Origin: Paramecium tetraurelia
Taxonomy: Eukaryota
NCBI GenBank assembly: GCA_000165425.1
Contig: CT868040.1
Coordinates: forward strand, 124,001-188,000
Length of the DNA: 64,000 bases
Direction of reading: 5' to 3'
The notes under the pieces were generated by a model, which was given only the letters and a program-made list of their open reading frames with translations, was not told the DNA's origin and searched no databases. Of the stretch, positions 26,038 through 40,105 are shown in pieces. The translations under genes and the position numbers were made by a program. Position 1 is the stretch's first letter, and each line of letters starts with the position of its first letter.

Positions 26038-27140
26038 TCACAGTTTTTCAAATTTTTATCTATCTATTATTCCTGACTCGTTCATGTCACAATTACTCAA
26101 TTAAGTACTTAAACTATGAGACAGAGAACAATCTTGAAGTATTTACTTCTTCTTTCTCAATTAGATGGCACTAAAATGAAAACTATTGATTACCGATTGT
26201 CAACAGACTTGATTTCGATCTTTTGATTTCTGAATTTATTCTTTAACTTCTCATGTTCGTATCTATTGAATATATTGTGTTGTTTCATTTAGAATTTAAT
26301 CCACTTGCTGAAATACAGCTATTATATATTGGGTCTATAACTAGGATCCTTGGTAAGTAATGCTTGAATGAGAATTTATAGATTCTCATCCAATGAAGTA
26401 TCAATATCAATTTCTTTCTCAGAAATTTATTTAATTAATTCGCGATCTGTCTTGGCAATAAAAGGTTTCCTGCAGTGGGTAAGAATCTAGAATAATTGAC
26501 ATTCGTACATAGAGTACAATTCCTAAAGACCAGGAGTCTACCTTATGGTCATGACTTTAGTTATTGACAACTTCTGGGGGCATATACTCGGTAGTACCAC
26601 ATAGTATAGGTTTAATTTAAGAAAGTTGGGTAGCCCATCCGAAGTCTGAAATTTTGTAAGTTCCATCCTCGTGAACAAGGATATTGTCTAACTGGAATTG
26701 GGGAGATGTTACTTACTTTGATATCCCTATGCACAAGACTCATTTGATGAATAGAATCAAGGGCGCTGAGCATCTGGTTGAGGAATTGGATGAGTTGCTT
26801 ATTTGTATAAGGTTGTGAGGGGAGTTGTAATTGACCTTACTTACAATATTCTAAAATGATGTAGATGTTTTTAGTATCTTCAAATGAATTAAACACTTTT
26901 ACTACGTTTCTGTGGTTGATGCTCGATTGAATTTGAATCTCCTACCTCACCATCCCCTCAGCCTGATATTTGCCCAGCATAGATTTAGACACCTAAAATA
27001 AAGTCTATGTGCAATACAATTTTGCAGGCAAATTCCTGGTTGCTCTTGACATCACATACTAAATATACACAACCAAATGAGCCATTCCCTAATTTCCTTT
27101 TGACTTGGTAGGCATTCTCATTTTGCATAATTAAGTTCAT
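26038..27140 (-). CDS. Ser/Thr protein kinase, Aurora-like
   Basis: LGNGSFGCVY, FACK, EIQIQSSINHRNVV, HRDIKLDNIL, KISDFGWA, LCGTTEYMPPE, HDHKVDSWSLG. Confidence 0.88.
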
Positions 27141-27218
27141 AATAATATAATAATTTTTAACGATGAGTTGATTTATATATGAATAAAAAAATAAAATTTA
27201 ATTATTAATATCTTTTCC

Positions 27219-28562
27219 ATGGCCAACTTACCTCCCCAACAATACTCCCCCCCTTCTAATCTGCCAACCAACAACAGAGAACCACAAACATTTCAATAAC
27301 CAACCATAGGATAACCCCAGGTTGCTCGATCTAATCTGCCCATCCAATCCTTGCCTGATACTGCCTTGCAATATTTGCCACAACAGATTGCCCAACAACC
27401 CTATTCTAGTTAACCATTGCAACAACCACTCTATAATTAACTTTAACCTACCAAGCTTGGCCCTCAATAACCCATCTTTGGTCAATCCCAAATCTAATAA
27501 ATTGCCTAACCACCACAAGAAGGAAACGTCGTAAAAGGCCAGTCCAGAATAGAATACATTCCATACGAACGAACCATCACAGAATACGAAGAAGTAAGAA
27601 GATAAGTCCAAGTTCCAATTACTAAATAAGTCACCGATTACTACGCTGTCTAATATGACATTGAATACATCCCGCAAGTGATTCAAGAAAAACAAATTGA
27701 GTATGTGCCAGTTGAGAGAGTTGCAGAAAGGACTGAATATTATACTGTCGAAAAGCAAAATGTCATTTAACAAGTAAATTCAATGTATATTTTCATAGCC
27801 AATCGGATATTAATCCCAAATCCAAACTAATTATATACCTGAACAATTTTAATACAATCAAATAATTGAACGTCAATCTGCACTTGCTTATTAGCCATAC
27901 TAACAGTAAACCCAAATCTAAACAAGAGAAGTCACCCAATATCCAGTTGCCCAATAATAACAATACATCTAATAACTTCCAGTCCAATAATCAGTCCCAT
28001 TACCAGCTCCTTAAGCATAATATCTGCCAACTCAATACTAACAATATGCTAGTCCCATTGGAATTCAATAACCCTAATATTAGATATAATAAGTAGAACT
28101 ATTAACCAATTTTATTATAGACTGTCCCATTGAATTATGGGTAATAATTTTAGGCAAGTTAAATTTAACCAGCTCCTAAGTAACCAATCGCTACAGCTAC
28201 TGTGCCATAAGGATATTAAATTCCCACTTAAACTGTTCCCTAACAATACATAAATTAATAAGTTGAATAAGATCCAACAATCCATAGTAAGCGTCCATAA
28301 CAGCAATTGGCCTAAACTGCCTAATACAACCCATAATTACAATAGACTGTAGGTCCTAATCAAGTAAATATTAAACTTATACATGTAGTTTGCATAGTCT
28401 GTTCCTTAATAATAATCACTTCAATAGGATCTTGGTAGAACTAGGCCATATTAATAATAATAATAGCCATAACCATAGCAATAGCAATTACCATAATAAT
28501 AATAAGGAGTTCCATAAAAGCCTAACAAAGAAAAATCATTTTTAGAAAAATTATTCGATTGA
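27219..28562 (+). CDS. Epiplasmin (cortical membrane-skeleton protein)
   Basis: Central KGQSRIEYIPYERTITEYEE...VTDYYAVQYDIEYIPQ...ERVAERTEY domain flanked by P/Q-rich arms; C-terminus KEKSFLEKLFD*. Confidence 0.88.
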
Positions 28563-28604
28563 TTATATATTTCCAATTATTAAACACAATATTTCAATAA
28601 TTAT

Positions 28605-29053
28605 TCATTAAAGTGTAAATTTATTTTAGATATTTCCTCCAATCGATATTTCTACATGAATAGGATAGACAACATTATTTTGAATTGGTACAAATTCCAC
28701 TTTTGTAGCAGTTTTCTTTTTTTTGTTTTTAGATTTTTTAGGTTTGGATTGAGCTCGGTAGGTAAAGACTATTGTTTTAGCTGTGGCATATTTTAAATTC
28801 AATTATTGAGCTGCCTTTATGATATAATCATTTGAATTACTTGATTTATCTTAACTCCCTATTAAATTACTAATTTAAGAAGTTATGATTTGAGATGCTC
28901 TGGAACTTTTTAATAATTTCTTACTTTTTTAATACTACTCTTAACTTATTTTTCACTTTCCTATTATTTCGATGATAAGTCTAAATCATCTGCTTAAAGT
29001 TCTTCATTATTCTCCTAATCCTAATCGTCCTCTTGTTGAGATTATGATGACAT
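28605..29053 (-). CDS. Hypothetical protein
   Basis: Acidic N-terminus MSSQSQQEDDQDQENNEE; basic C-terminus KTKKRKLLQKWNLYQFKIMLSILFMQKYR; needs one unresolved intron. Confidence 0.45.
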
Positions 29054-29694
29054 TTATATATAAATTATTTAATTATTTTATTCAAACATCTGTTTTGCTT
29101 TCATATTTTGGTTTTGTATGGTTAATAAAATTATAACATGTCCTTAACTATCTCATTATTCTATATTTCTCAAAATGAATCTCCAGCTTTACTTTATTAA
29201 ACAAATCTAAAGATATTATTAGGTTTTACTAAGTCAGATATCAAAACCACTCTATTATATTTTAATTATATTTTATTTATTAACATTCTTTAATAATATT
29301 ATTTCTCTTTATAGTGATCCATAATTTAGAAATCATTTATAGTATAATACTGATCCTTTGACTGAAGAAATATGCTTCATCCCATTTTAATATATATATA
29401 TAAATTTAGTCTTGTTCTTATATAATCAAATAGAGATTCAAGTCAATTTTAAACAAGTGATAAGCAATTTCTATCTAATTTGTCTTCATAATATTAATAC
29501 ATAAACAAAATTGTAAATTTATAATAAATAGTATTTTGTAAATGATTTCTAAATTAAACAATCAAGTTATTTAAGAATCATTTGTCAATATCTATTGAAT
29601 AAATATATTTAAAAAGTCATGGTGAATCAAAACAAATTTAAAATTTACAAATTTTTCATATACTCCCATCACTTTGAATTAATTTATATAAATA

Positions 29695-30055
29695 ATGAAA
29701 AAATTCTTAATTTTTTTGATACTAATTGTTTTGTGTTTATCAAAGGCAGGGGATTGTACAAATGCCTATTGTGGATCTCAACTAAAAGCTTGTAAAGGCG
29801 GAGGAAATTGTGATTAAACTGCTGCAAAATGTGCTAATCAATTTAAATAATATGTTCATCGAGCATAAAAATCTGGGTAATATAAGGGAACAGAAGCTGG
29901 CTATCAAGATGTACGATATTTGTTAATTTTAGTTTACCTATTGTATGAGTACAAATTCAGCAGCTAAAAGTTTAAATAGTTGCAGTAAGTAATATTGCAG
30001 CAAAGTACTTTATGAGGAGAGTATTAGAATAGATGAGATTATTTAGTCATTTTGA
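29695..30055 (+). CDS. Small secreted cysteine-rich protein
   Basis: Signal peptide MKKFLIFLILIVLCLSKA, then 8 Cys (DCTNAYCGSQLKACKGGGNCDQTAAKC...YC...SCSKQYC); one 22-nt intron. Confidence 0.78.
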
Positions 30056-30954
30056 TTATTATTTCGTTTTTATTATGAAAAATATCATCATTATAGTATT
30101 GTTGAATGTCTTTGAGGGAATTTCAAAAACGGGATTTACAATTGAAATAGAAATAAATATAGTATTATTATTTAAATCATTATTCTATTGCAGATTGTTC
30201 TTGTCACAGATCATACTTATAAATTATTTATGATTACACTAGTGAGTAAAATAATAAGTTCCTTTAATAGCTTTAAACTATGAGCATGTATTTAGTTAAG
30301 AAAACAAGAAGGGATACGAAAAATAATATCAAAGTGCAAATGAGAGAATATATTTCTTTAATTTCTCTAAGTATGAAAACCTTTTTGAATGCTTCATTAA
30401 AATCAAAAAAATCCAAAACATTAAGAGAATGAAAAGTCAAATATCTTAACTTAGGAGTTATTACATTCTAAATGATATAAATTAACATATATATCCAAAA
30501 TAATCAAATTATGTATAAATCTTACGGAGGCTATCAATTTTTATTTCAAATGATAACTGAACAAGACATACTACTAATATAAATCAAATCATTATGATTT
30601 AAGCATTTTTTATAAAATAATTAGAAATAATAACTTTAATTATAAATTTAGACTTTTGCCACTTTTATTATCATTATGATTGAGAGATAAAAGGAAGAAG
30701 TCAATCTTTATTTTCCTTAAAACTATTGACTAAAAGACATTCCATATTATCAAAGTGATAAGATAAAGATAATATTAGGAAAATGAAAATATATCAATAA
30801 TAAGCATTAAGGGCTCTTGAGAATATGTTTTATTAAAACTATAAGTAATTCAAAATAGTTGTATAATTTTTAAAAAGTGCGTTATATAAATAAATAATAT
30901 AATAGGATTAAAGAGCACTGGATTAGTTAAATAATTACATTATAATATTAATTA

Positions 30955-31390
30955 ATGGATAAATAAGAGGAGAAATTGCAACAAGAAGAGAAGGAGGAAG
31001 TAGTTGAAGAATAGGATGAAAAATAAGGCGATTAACTAAGTAAGAACTAAAAGAGGAATCAGAAAAAAAAGGAGAAGAAGAAAAAGTTAAAAGAGTAGAA
31101 TTAGGAGATCATTTAGTAAGTTGAGGAGGAGATAAAAGCAAAGTTGAATTTGACTGAGGCTGAATAGACAGATCTTGAAATAGCATGGTGTGTTAAGCAA
31201 GTAAAATTGGGATTGACCTAAAAATTGACCCCTGAAGAGAGTAATAAAATATGAGATTTTTTCAATAGTAAAAATATCAATGTCGATGATTGAATTACTG
31301 GAAAGCGATTAAGTTCCACTAGTAAAGAAGAGGATGGCAATGAAGTCGAGTTTCGGAGACTATAGAAAACTAATGAAATAATATAAATGA
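30955..31390 (+). CDS. UPF0488/C8orf33-like protein
   Basis: EIAWCVKQVKLGL...PLVKKRMAMKSSFGDYRKLM matches the family pattern as recalled. Confidence 0.72.
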
Positions 31391-31418
31391 ATTAATAATT
31401 ATTAATTTTGGTTATAAA

Positions 31419-31776
31419 ATGTTCAGGTATGGTTTAGTAGGAAACATAGCTACTTATGGTGGTATAGCTGCAATTTTTGCATATGTAGGTATTAATATTT
31501 CGATAAATGCAGGTTATGAATTAAATAATATTATTGAAATCTCTCCGAAAATAGACGACGAAGTACTCCAATAGTTTATAATAGTTAGCTTCTTAAGTTC
31601 TTAATTCAAGCAAGTCTCCAAATATTTCGATTGATGCCAAGACAGATATGAGAAAAGCTGCAGCCAAATAAATGTTACAGGACTACCAACGTAAGAAGAA
31701 GGAGCCTCTTGAAGTATTTGAATAAATTGAGTAAAAATAATCCAGAAAGCCTCAATCTAAAGAACCAGATATTTGA
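31419..31776 (+). CDS. Small single-pass membrane protein
   Basis: MFRYGLVGNIATYGGIAAIFAYVGYEL...; two tiny introns; TGA at 31774-31776. Confidence 0.6.
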
Positions 31777-31790
31777 TTAATTTATTTAAT

Positions 31791-32285
31791 ATGAGTTATC
31801 TGTATTTTGGTACACTCCCTTCTTCAGTGCCACCTGTCTTTGGTATGATATCTAGCCTATTTAGACACAACCCCATGCTTAAAACAAATGCATGATTATG
31901 AAGACTGTGCTTTCGAGTAAACATTTCAATTATTCCTAATAGATCAAATACTAAATAAATGGAAATCATTCATCCAAGCTGGCCTTCAATGTGGCCTAGA
32001 ATGCTTACTGATGGCAAGTCTATCGTAATTATTTCCGCTTATACTCTAGGATTTTGGACATACTCCCATGCATCAAGATAGCTCAACACATTACACCTAG
32101 TATTTACATATTCTTATACTGTTAGTATGCGACCATTAACAAAAAAAATCAAGCATTATTTATGGGAATGTGAGGAGGAAAGATTTGTTTATAAGGCTTG
32201 TTTAAGAAAATTAATTAGCCTCAAAAGAACAGATAGACACACAAGTTGGGACACAGCATCAGTTAGCAATTTAAGTCTGGTCTGA
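31791..32285 (+). CDS. Twin CX9C (CHCH-like) mitochondrial intermembrane-space protein
   Basis: CLKQMHDYEDC and CEEERFVYKAC motifs after splicing four tiny introns. Confidence 0.68.
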
Positions 32286-32329
32286 TTTATTCAATAAAAA
32301 ACAAATAACAAAAACAAAATATAAGATAG

Positions 32330-33001
32330 TCATATATAAATATACATACTAAATAAATCTTTTTAGATTCTAACCACACCTTCATCGATCCTTAATAAGT
32401 TATTCCAATTTGTTTTAAAATGATTCCACCTTTTTTATTAGCAATTAAGGGAGAGTTGTGCAAGGACCATTGTTGTTCGCTTAATAATTCTTATAAAAGT
32501 AGGTGTTGAACTCAAAAAAATTCTTTCGAGGATTTTAGTTTATAACTATCTATTGTTTATAAAACTAAAGCAGTTCTTGATCCTTTATGACTCCATAGTT
32601 ATTGTTTATTTCAGGCAAAGCATTTTTTAATACATCGTATGCCTTTGATATTTCTCGAAGATCCTTCTCGCCGTCCTTTGCCGCTTCCTTTCGAGGCAAT
32701 CTTTGTTATCTGATTTTGATCATCTCTTCCACTTTCTATCATATAAATTGTAGATCAGTACTTAAGGGTCTTTTAGGTTTAATCCAATCCTTCTTGATGA
32801 ATAAAGTTCTTATTATTCAAATGACTGTCTATTCATTAGAGAGCTTTTCCTTGAAGTCTGACTTCTTGGAGATAACGGTGTATTTGCCACGAATGATCCC
32901 CTTTAAGTATCCTTTTTTGGAGGTTGTATTTAGTTACATAAAATTATACTAAATGAGATGAAAAATTTGTATAGTATAACTTCTATTGAAATAAATTACA
33001 T
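32330..33001 (-). CDS. Hypothetical protein
   Basis: Open frames KVEEMIKIRQQRLPRKEAAKDGEKDLRE...WNHFKTNWNNLLRIDEG; both ends uncertain. Confidence 0.45.
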
Positions 33002-33142
33002 AATTATTAATTCTTACTTGATCAAATCAAAATAACATTTTGGAAAGGGTTCTCTTGAAGACACCTTATATCAGCAAAAAGCTCAAAGTAAATAATTAGT
33101 AAATTCTAATATATATTAGAAAATAAAATTAATTATTTAACA

Positions 33143-36100
33143 TCATTTTTTTTCAATTACACTTTTGACATAATCTAAAAAGATGCATTTATTATTTTTT
33201 CTGTAAACAAACTCTAAAAATTCTTTTCCTTCCTATAAATTATTATTCAACAAACTGTCAGTGATTTATTTCAATTATCTAAAGTATAACTCAAGTTCCT
33301 TAATTGAGGGTAGCCCTTCCTAAATTATAATTTATTGATTGTTACAATTAAGTTTTCAGGAGGATGGCATTTAAAGAATTTAAGTATTTCAATTAAAATC
33401 CCAAATACATGCAATTTTTCACTGTTTTATATCAATCTCTCGATGCATTTCAAATTTAACCTTAACATCATTTTTTCATCTAAAAACTAATCTAAAAATT
33501 GTAATACTTTTTGAAATTTCATTTGTGAAGTCCATAGGCAAATGATCATTAAACACATGTATTAAGCAAATCAGTACTTGTTCAGTATCCTTAGAGTGCA
33601 ATAGAACGTCTAAGATTTGCTATAAGGACTTTGTCAGTTGATTATCATCATATCCTAACGAACTGTTATAGATTTCAGATTAAGTTGCAGGCTATTAAAT
33701 AGATATTAAAATAAATTACAGTTGTACACAATCTCAAGACGATGGCTAGGATGACTGAGAAGTTTTGCTGATTAATATTAGTTAGCAAAGTTTAATTGAC
33801 CAATGATAATTTAAGATCATTGATGAAGGCCAATTTATCTTCAGCCATATCTAAATTTTCATACTAAAGAAGCAGAGTTGATGCTACATCAAAATATAAT
33901 GAAGTTGATGTCAATAAAATTTCTTACATTTGCTTTATGCATTCATTTCTTTTTAAGTTTCTGGCCTAATCAAAGAGTGATGTAGTTTCAATGGGGGCTA
34001 GCACATCACCAAGTAGACTTTTTTCATTGAAATTTCCATTAACAGATTCATTTTGAACTTCTTCGTAGATTTTCTCAATCTTCTATTTCATTGGGTCCTT
34101 TAATGGTGGTTATGGATATGACTCTTAGACCTATTTATGACTATCCCTTTTATGTTATCGATAGGTTTCATTTTACAGTTTGATCATGTCTAACTCCTTT
34201 AGTCTATGAGTATCATTTGAGTAGAGGTTTTTTGCTAAATCCTGAATAACAGTGTCATGCATTTAATTGCTGATTTGACTTATTTATTAGAGAGGACTAA
34301 TGAATTATTGGATATTTAAAATATCGTGCTATTGTTATTGTCCTTCCTCAGTAAATCTTAATGTTTATTGAGAATTAAAGTTTTTAGTGGTGCTTTCCAA
34401 TAATTCAAAGTCCTCTTTGTTGATGTGGATAAAATTGTCTTGTTAACTATTATTTACATGTTCTCTCACTGTTTCTTCTCTTTTGGATGCGCATTCATCA
34501 ATTTCCTAAAGATCAACTATCAAGATGTCATTCTGTTGTTACTTGTATAGTTTTTACACATCAATCAAAGGCTTTTCATGTGTTTAGTATTATAATTACT
34601 ACCAATTTAAGTAGGTGTCATACAACTTCTTATAATTAATTAATTCAGTTTCCACAATTTAATTAAAGTTATTGGTTTGTTGTTAAAACTTACTTAGAAA
34701 ATCATTTGCTATTTAACAAAACATATTCTAAGTTAACATGTAGGTTAAAGTGGTGATGAAATATTGAATACATGTAAGCAAATCATTTTCAAATATTTTT
34801 TGAAATAGAAAGTTGAATCCAGTGTGTATCAAATTAATCAATACTTTTTCATTCTCTGATTTTTGATATAAGATATTAAAAGCCTACCTATATTAGTATG
34901 CCATAACGCTTTTGTCAAGTTACAGGAAGGTACTCAGGAACACTTCAAAACTTTCTGAATATTCTGTCTTTGGGCAAATGTAGGCAAAGATAAGATAGAT
35001 CAGACACTATTGACTGCTTGGAAAGATATGTTTGAGCAAATAAAACATCTAGAAGACTTAATTCTGAATTTAAATGCTGAAATTCTAACAAACTATTTCT
35101 AAAATCTTTGTGAAATCTTCGAATTTAGAACTTTCATATTACTATCTATTTGGAGAACTTATAATCATGTTTTCTCTGCCGATTCCTCTTCTCCAGTGTT
35201 TACCAGGTGAACTAGAATTTGGACTTAAAAATACTGTGTGTTATGATTAGTTACAAAGTTGATAGGCTCTATGACGATTCAAATAATGGATAAATTTCTC
35301 CAATCCTTATAATGTGAAATGAGTGGAAACCTATTGTTCTATTTACTGTAAAGATTCCTAATTTTCTTTTTCCTCGGAATCAGAAAACTCCAATTTACTT
35401 TGAGTTTTGTTTGGTGTTTCATAAGGAGAAAATCTAGATTAGGATCCAAAAGACTTTGACTTAGACTTTCTTTATGATTAATTTAGCAAATCTTAATATT
35501 AATCCAATTATTCCACCTATTGATTTACTATGCGGCCTTTTAATGCATTTAATAACAATCTAACATCTAATTATGTTTATGGGAACATTTTAAAAGTAGT
35601 TTCAAAAGTCTTATAAGAAGTTCTTATAAATCCAGAATCTAATTGCTGTTAAGTGGCAGCATTAATTTTTGATGTAATCCAGTTAATGAATGCTTGGAAG
35701 ATTTTAATATTACTATTTGTTTATTTTTAGAGATACTTATTAGTTATCCTGTATCCAATCTTGATCATACTTTCCAATGAATTGCAAATGTATAAGCTCT
35801 CTAAGAGTGCCATCAGTTTTTGAATGTCCAATTGATTTAACTGAATTAAACATATCTTATATTCTTAATAGAGCATTTCTTGATCTAATGTCACTTAGAT
35901 TTTATTCATTTTAATCAACAATGATATTATGAAGTCATACAATTTATCAGCAATTATTTTCTTTTACACTTAGACCTTCTTACAGAAATGTAACAATTCC
36001 ACTATAACATTGTTGGTCATTTGTTATAAGAAATCATTGCTGGTAATGTTTTTATCTGAATAATGAGTCTTGAATGAAAGTTAGATTTCTTCTATTTTAT

Positions 36101-38031
36101 TTTATATTTATTGATCTTAATTGTTTTATGACAGCTTTCTTAATTGTATGAGATCACTACTAAACTTATTCATGAACTCTATTTATTCTCTATTCAATTA
36201 AGAAGTAGGTAATTCTATACTTTACCTGTTTTTATTACCCTAATTAAAATTCTACATTTCTTCTCCAATCTAAGCAAATTCACACAAATCTTCATCAGTT
36301 TAATACCTACTCTTTACAGAATTAATCTATTGTTTTCTAGGTTATTTCTCAGTGATTCTGGATTCTTAAAAATCAAATTAAGGATTGACAATAGCAATCT
36401 ATGATTCAATAACAGTGACCTAGAGACTTTATTCATCACATTGCATTGAGTTGATTAAATCTAATAGCACTTTCTTATAATTTAAATTGTTCTCTTTTTT
36501 CAAAATAGATTATACCTTCTTATAAAGAACAAGAAGAGATTTCGATATTTTCTCACTATTTGACTAAGCAAATTTCTTGAGTACTTCAGAATCTGAGGAT
36601 TCATAAGAACCTGTTTAAACAGCCAATGCTAAGGCTAGCCAACCATCTTTAAACCATCTTGCACATGCAATCTTTAATCCAATGTTTTTTGATGATTCTA
36701 ATTAATTTATCATAAGTTCCATGAATTGGTCACATGAGATATTTTCATATATCAATATATCTTCCAAGAGATTAAACACAGCCGATTATAAAGGCTTAGA
36801 CAAAGAGCCTTTTAACTTATCCAAGATCAAAATAAAGAAGTGTTTAGCAACTGGTTAAGGAATTCCTCTTCTCAATAATCTTACCAATCCCTTAACGCAT
36901 CTCATACCCTGACTGTATATTAAATAATTGCTCTCTTCAAGCAAGGTTATGATAATTGCATAAATACTCCCATAATCTTTAGAATTATCAATGTCTCCAT
37001 CATACTTCTCCAAATTCTTAGCAAATTGTTCAGTTATGTTCTTCTTTTCATTGTGTTTGTAATAGGGCATTTCAAAGAATTTATCTGGTAACAATGTGTG
37101 TAAATCAATTATCTGAATGACTGGTTAGATAGACTGAATTTCAATTTTCTAAGTTCTTTTTGTGATTTTGTTGCATAATTATTCTAGTTCCTTAATTTGA
37201 ATCTGTCTCAATCGTTTGTCTAAATAAGTCTTCTTGACTTGTTCAAAACTCTCTGAAATCATTTAAAAGAGTTTGCAGAATATATTAATTGACTTCTATC
37301 TGATTACTTTATTTGTATGTTAAACTAAAGACACACATAATTCGATGAAGTCCCTAATTTAATCTCTAAAATTCAATATTTACAAATACATACTTGATAA
37401 AATGATTGGGGGACAGTTCTAGGATCTTTTCAATGAAAGTCAAACACAGAGTCATAATCTTGGGATGTTTAGCCTCTATTTTTCTTTAAATTTCTGATAG
37501 GATAAATCCAGTGTCTTGAGTTGTTTTACAACATTGCAATAATATTTCAATTACTAGGTCTTGGATTTGAGACTTTACAAATGAACCTCTTTCAATTAGG
37601 TCACCAATAAAGTATGGTAAAATGTGATAGTTCATTTGTTAACTTTTGACAAACACTTAAATAAATTTAAGGCCCTCTGTCATAGCAAATTAATTGCTAT
37701 CATTTATTATATTTTTAAGCCATGCAGATTAAAATTCATAAACAGTTTAGTTTTTCTAATATTCCTCTGTTAAATTCATTAAGACCAATCTTCTTATCTA
37801 CCATTTATGATGAGTAATCTTTTCAAACAAAGTTAGATTGCTATCTAAAACCGACTCGTCAATTTTTGATGTCTCTGCAACATCATTCAATATTTCAATT
37901 CCCTCTCTTTAGAGTGTCTATTGACTCTAATTGACTTCACTCATTATATTTTCCTTATCCGAATAAGGCGATCTCTGATACCTAATTTTATCTTGGTAAT
38001 AAGACTGATTTCTTATAGGGGAGTTGTTCAT
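33143..38031 (-). CDS. Large HEAT/TOG-repeat protein, XMAP215/ch-TOG-like
   Basis: N-terminal LFEKITHHKWQIRRL resembles the TOG1 HEAT-A motif; further HEAT-like repeats (track ORF 36855-37094; ESSKNIGLKIACARW); ~4.9 kb mostly open in the ciliate code. Confidence 0.65.
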
Positions 38032-38676
38032 ATATATAAATTTGAATTCAAATTAATATAGTATAAACAATTAACTCAATATTAATATTTAAAGAAATTG
38101 AGTAATTCAAATAATATTTAACTCGTTTCTTCTTGATAAACTTGATTTCTAGCCTTGATTTATAAATACCATCAACTTAATATCACTCAACCTAGGTTCA
38201 TCATTAATTTACACTTCAATTAATTTTCAGGTTGGCTTCATCAAAAAATTATGAATTTACAAGAATGCCTGCTTATTCATATCTGAACCTAATTAAATTT
38301 GTTATTTAAAATGAAGTTTTAGCTAATGGTTATTTTTTAATCTGCAAAATTTTTCACATTAAAAAATCTAGTTGAAAATATATAAATACAACAATGAATT
38401 AGTTTATAGTGGAACATTCTATTAAGAAGAGGAAAAATTTGGAATAAGAAAATTATAAAAATTTCAATTATTGTTTATTTTGTAAGAAATAGGCGAATCC
38501 CGATGTTGGTAAAAAAGCGAAGTTTTTCTTCAAATTTCATCGAATTTTGATAATAATTAATACGTCTTTGAATCATATTCCGTAGCAAATATTATCTATT
38601 AATTTTATGGTTGATTGTGATTATATATTTTTATTCTTAGACGTCATTATCTAATATATGGATATTATAAATAATT

Positions 38677-40105
38677 ATGAATTCTAATAATAAGGTGGAT
38701 TGTGAATATCCTGAGCATTACATGCTTGATATCGAGGAGGTATTTATTTATATTATGTTCAGAAGAAACCAGCACAGTAATAGAATTTTATGCCATTTCT
38801 ACCTTATGGAGTCATATCCAATCTTGAGAACCAAGTGAATCGAGTCAGAAGTTAAGTTGAAATAAAACAAGAGGATAGATAGATGATTAAGAATGATTCA
38901 TAGGCATCTTTAAAAGATGATGTTTTGTGTTTACAAAATATAAAAGGAAATGTGAAGAATGCATATATTAAGAAGATTAGTTCTCTACTTAATGTAAGTA
39001 TGGAGGAGGATAAAGAAAAATTGCTCCCTTCAAAAAGAATAAAGGATAATGTTTCTTCGAACTCTTCGAAATAATTTGAAAATGAGGATTTAAAGATGCA
39101 AAAGAATCGGGAAAGTGCCAGAAATTCTAGATAAAGGAAGAAGTTATATATTGGATTATTGGAGAAAAAGGTTGAAGATTTGAATGGGCAAATAGAGGGG
39201 CTTAGATAATAAACAGAGATAACATTCAAGCATATTCACAATATAATTGAACACAATACATGTTTCAAAGGAATGATCATAGAACAAGCTCAAATATTTG
39301 ATTAATTACAAAGCAAAGACCCAGAGACAACTGAAGGATAGGAGATGCAAGCATTGCTCACGGACTCTTATAAATTAAAATTTAGTGCCACAGGTTCAAA
39401 AAGAAAGCAATATATTAGATATTGCTTTTAGAATGTAGCCCGAATTCTGATGGATGGTAATTATGGGACTCTGCTATTTGGAAGTAATTGTCTGCCAAAG
39501 AATTGTATATTTTATAAAAGATTAATTCAGTTCAAATTCTGGAAGATGAAGAGTTGCATGAATATGTCAAGCAATTCAAAGAAATCACTGGATGTAGCGA
39601 AGACAAAATGCAGCATTCAATAACCCATATTGTGAGAAGGATACTTGAGCACAAGCACTCTTTTTCTTAGTAATATGGAAAATATATCTTTAGTTTAATT
39701 AAATAGATGAAATGCAAATCCAAAGATCTGAGGATATGTTAACAGTAACTCGATGATTAGATAGATGAAATGACAACTTAAATGACTCCCCAATAATTTA
39801 CATCCCTCCTAATCAATCTCAATAAAGTATTAAATTTGAATCAATCATAGGATGAAGTAAAAGTCAAAGAAAATTATTAAACCACAAAATCAGACATTTA
39901 AGCCTAATAGTTACAATAACAACAACAATAATAACAGTAATAATAATAACAATAACTTCTGAACCAATACAAGTTTTTACCTTAAATTTCTCTTGAGTTA
40001 TTACTTAATAATAAGAATACGCCATTCTTACTACCAAGTAATTTAATGATAGACCCACTGTAATTCAATGATTTAATTTAAAAGAAGCTTTGTAAATAAC
40101 CATGA
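38677..40105 (+). CDS. bZIP transcription factor
   Basis: KMQKNRESARNSRQRKKLYIGLLEKKVEDLNGQIEGLRQQ basic region and leucine zipper; poly-Gln C-terminus. Confidence 0.9.

Noticed and set aside
27228..28306. Several Leu/Trp-rich minus-strand ORFs and off-frame plus-strand ORFs
   Set aside because: Shadows of the P/Q-rich epiplasmin gene.
39905..39955. (TAA/CAA)n microsatellite-like run, also at 42340-42365
   Set aside because: Poly-Gln coding tracts under the ciliate code.
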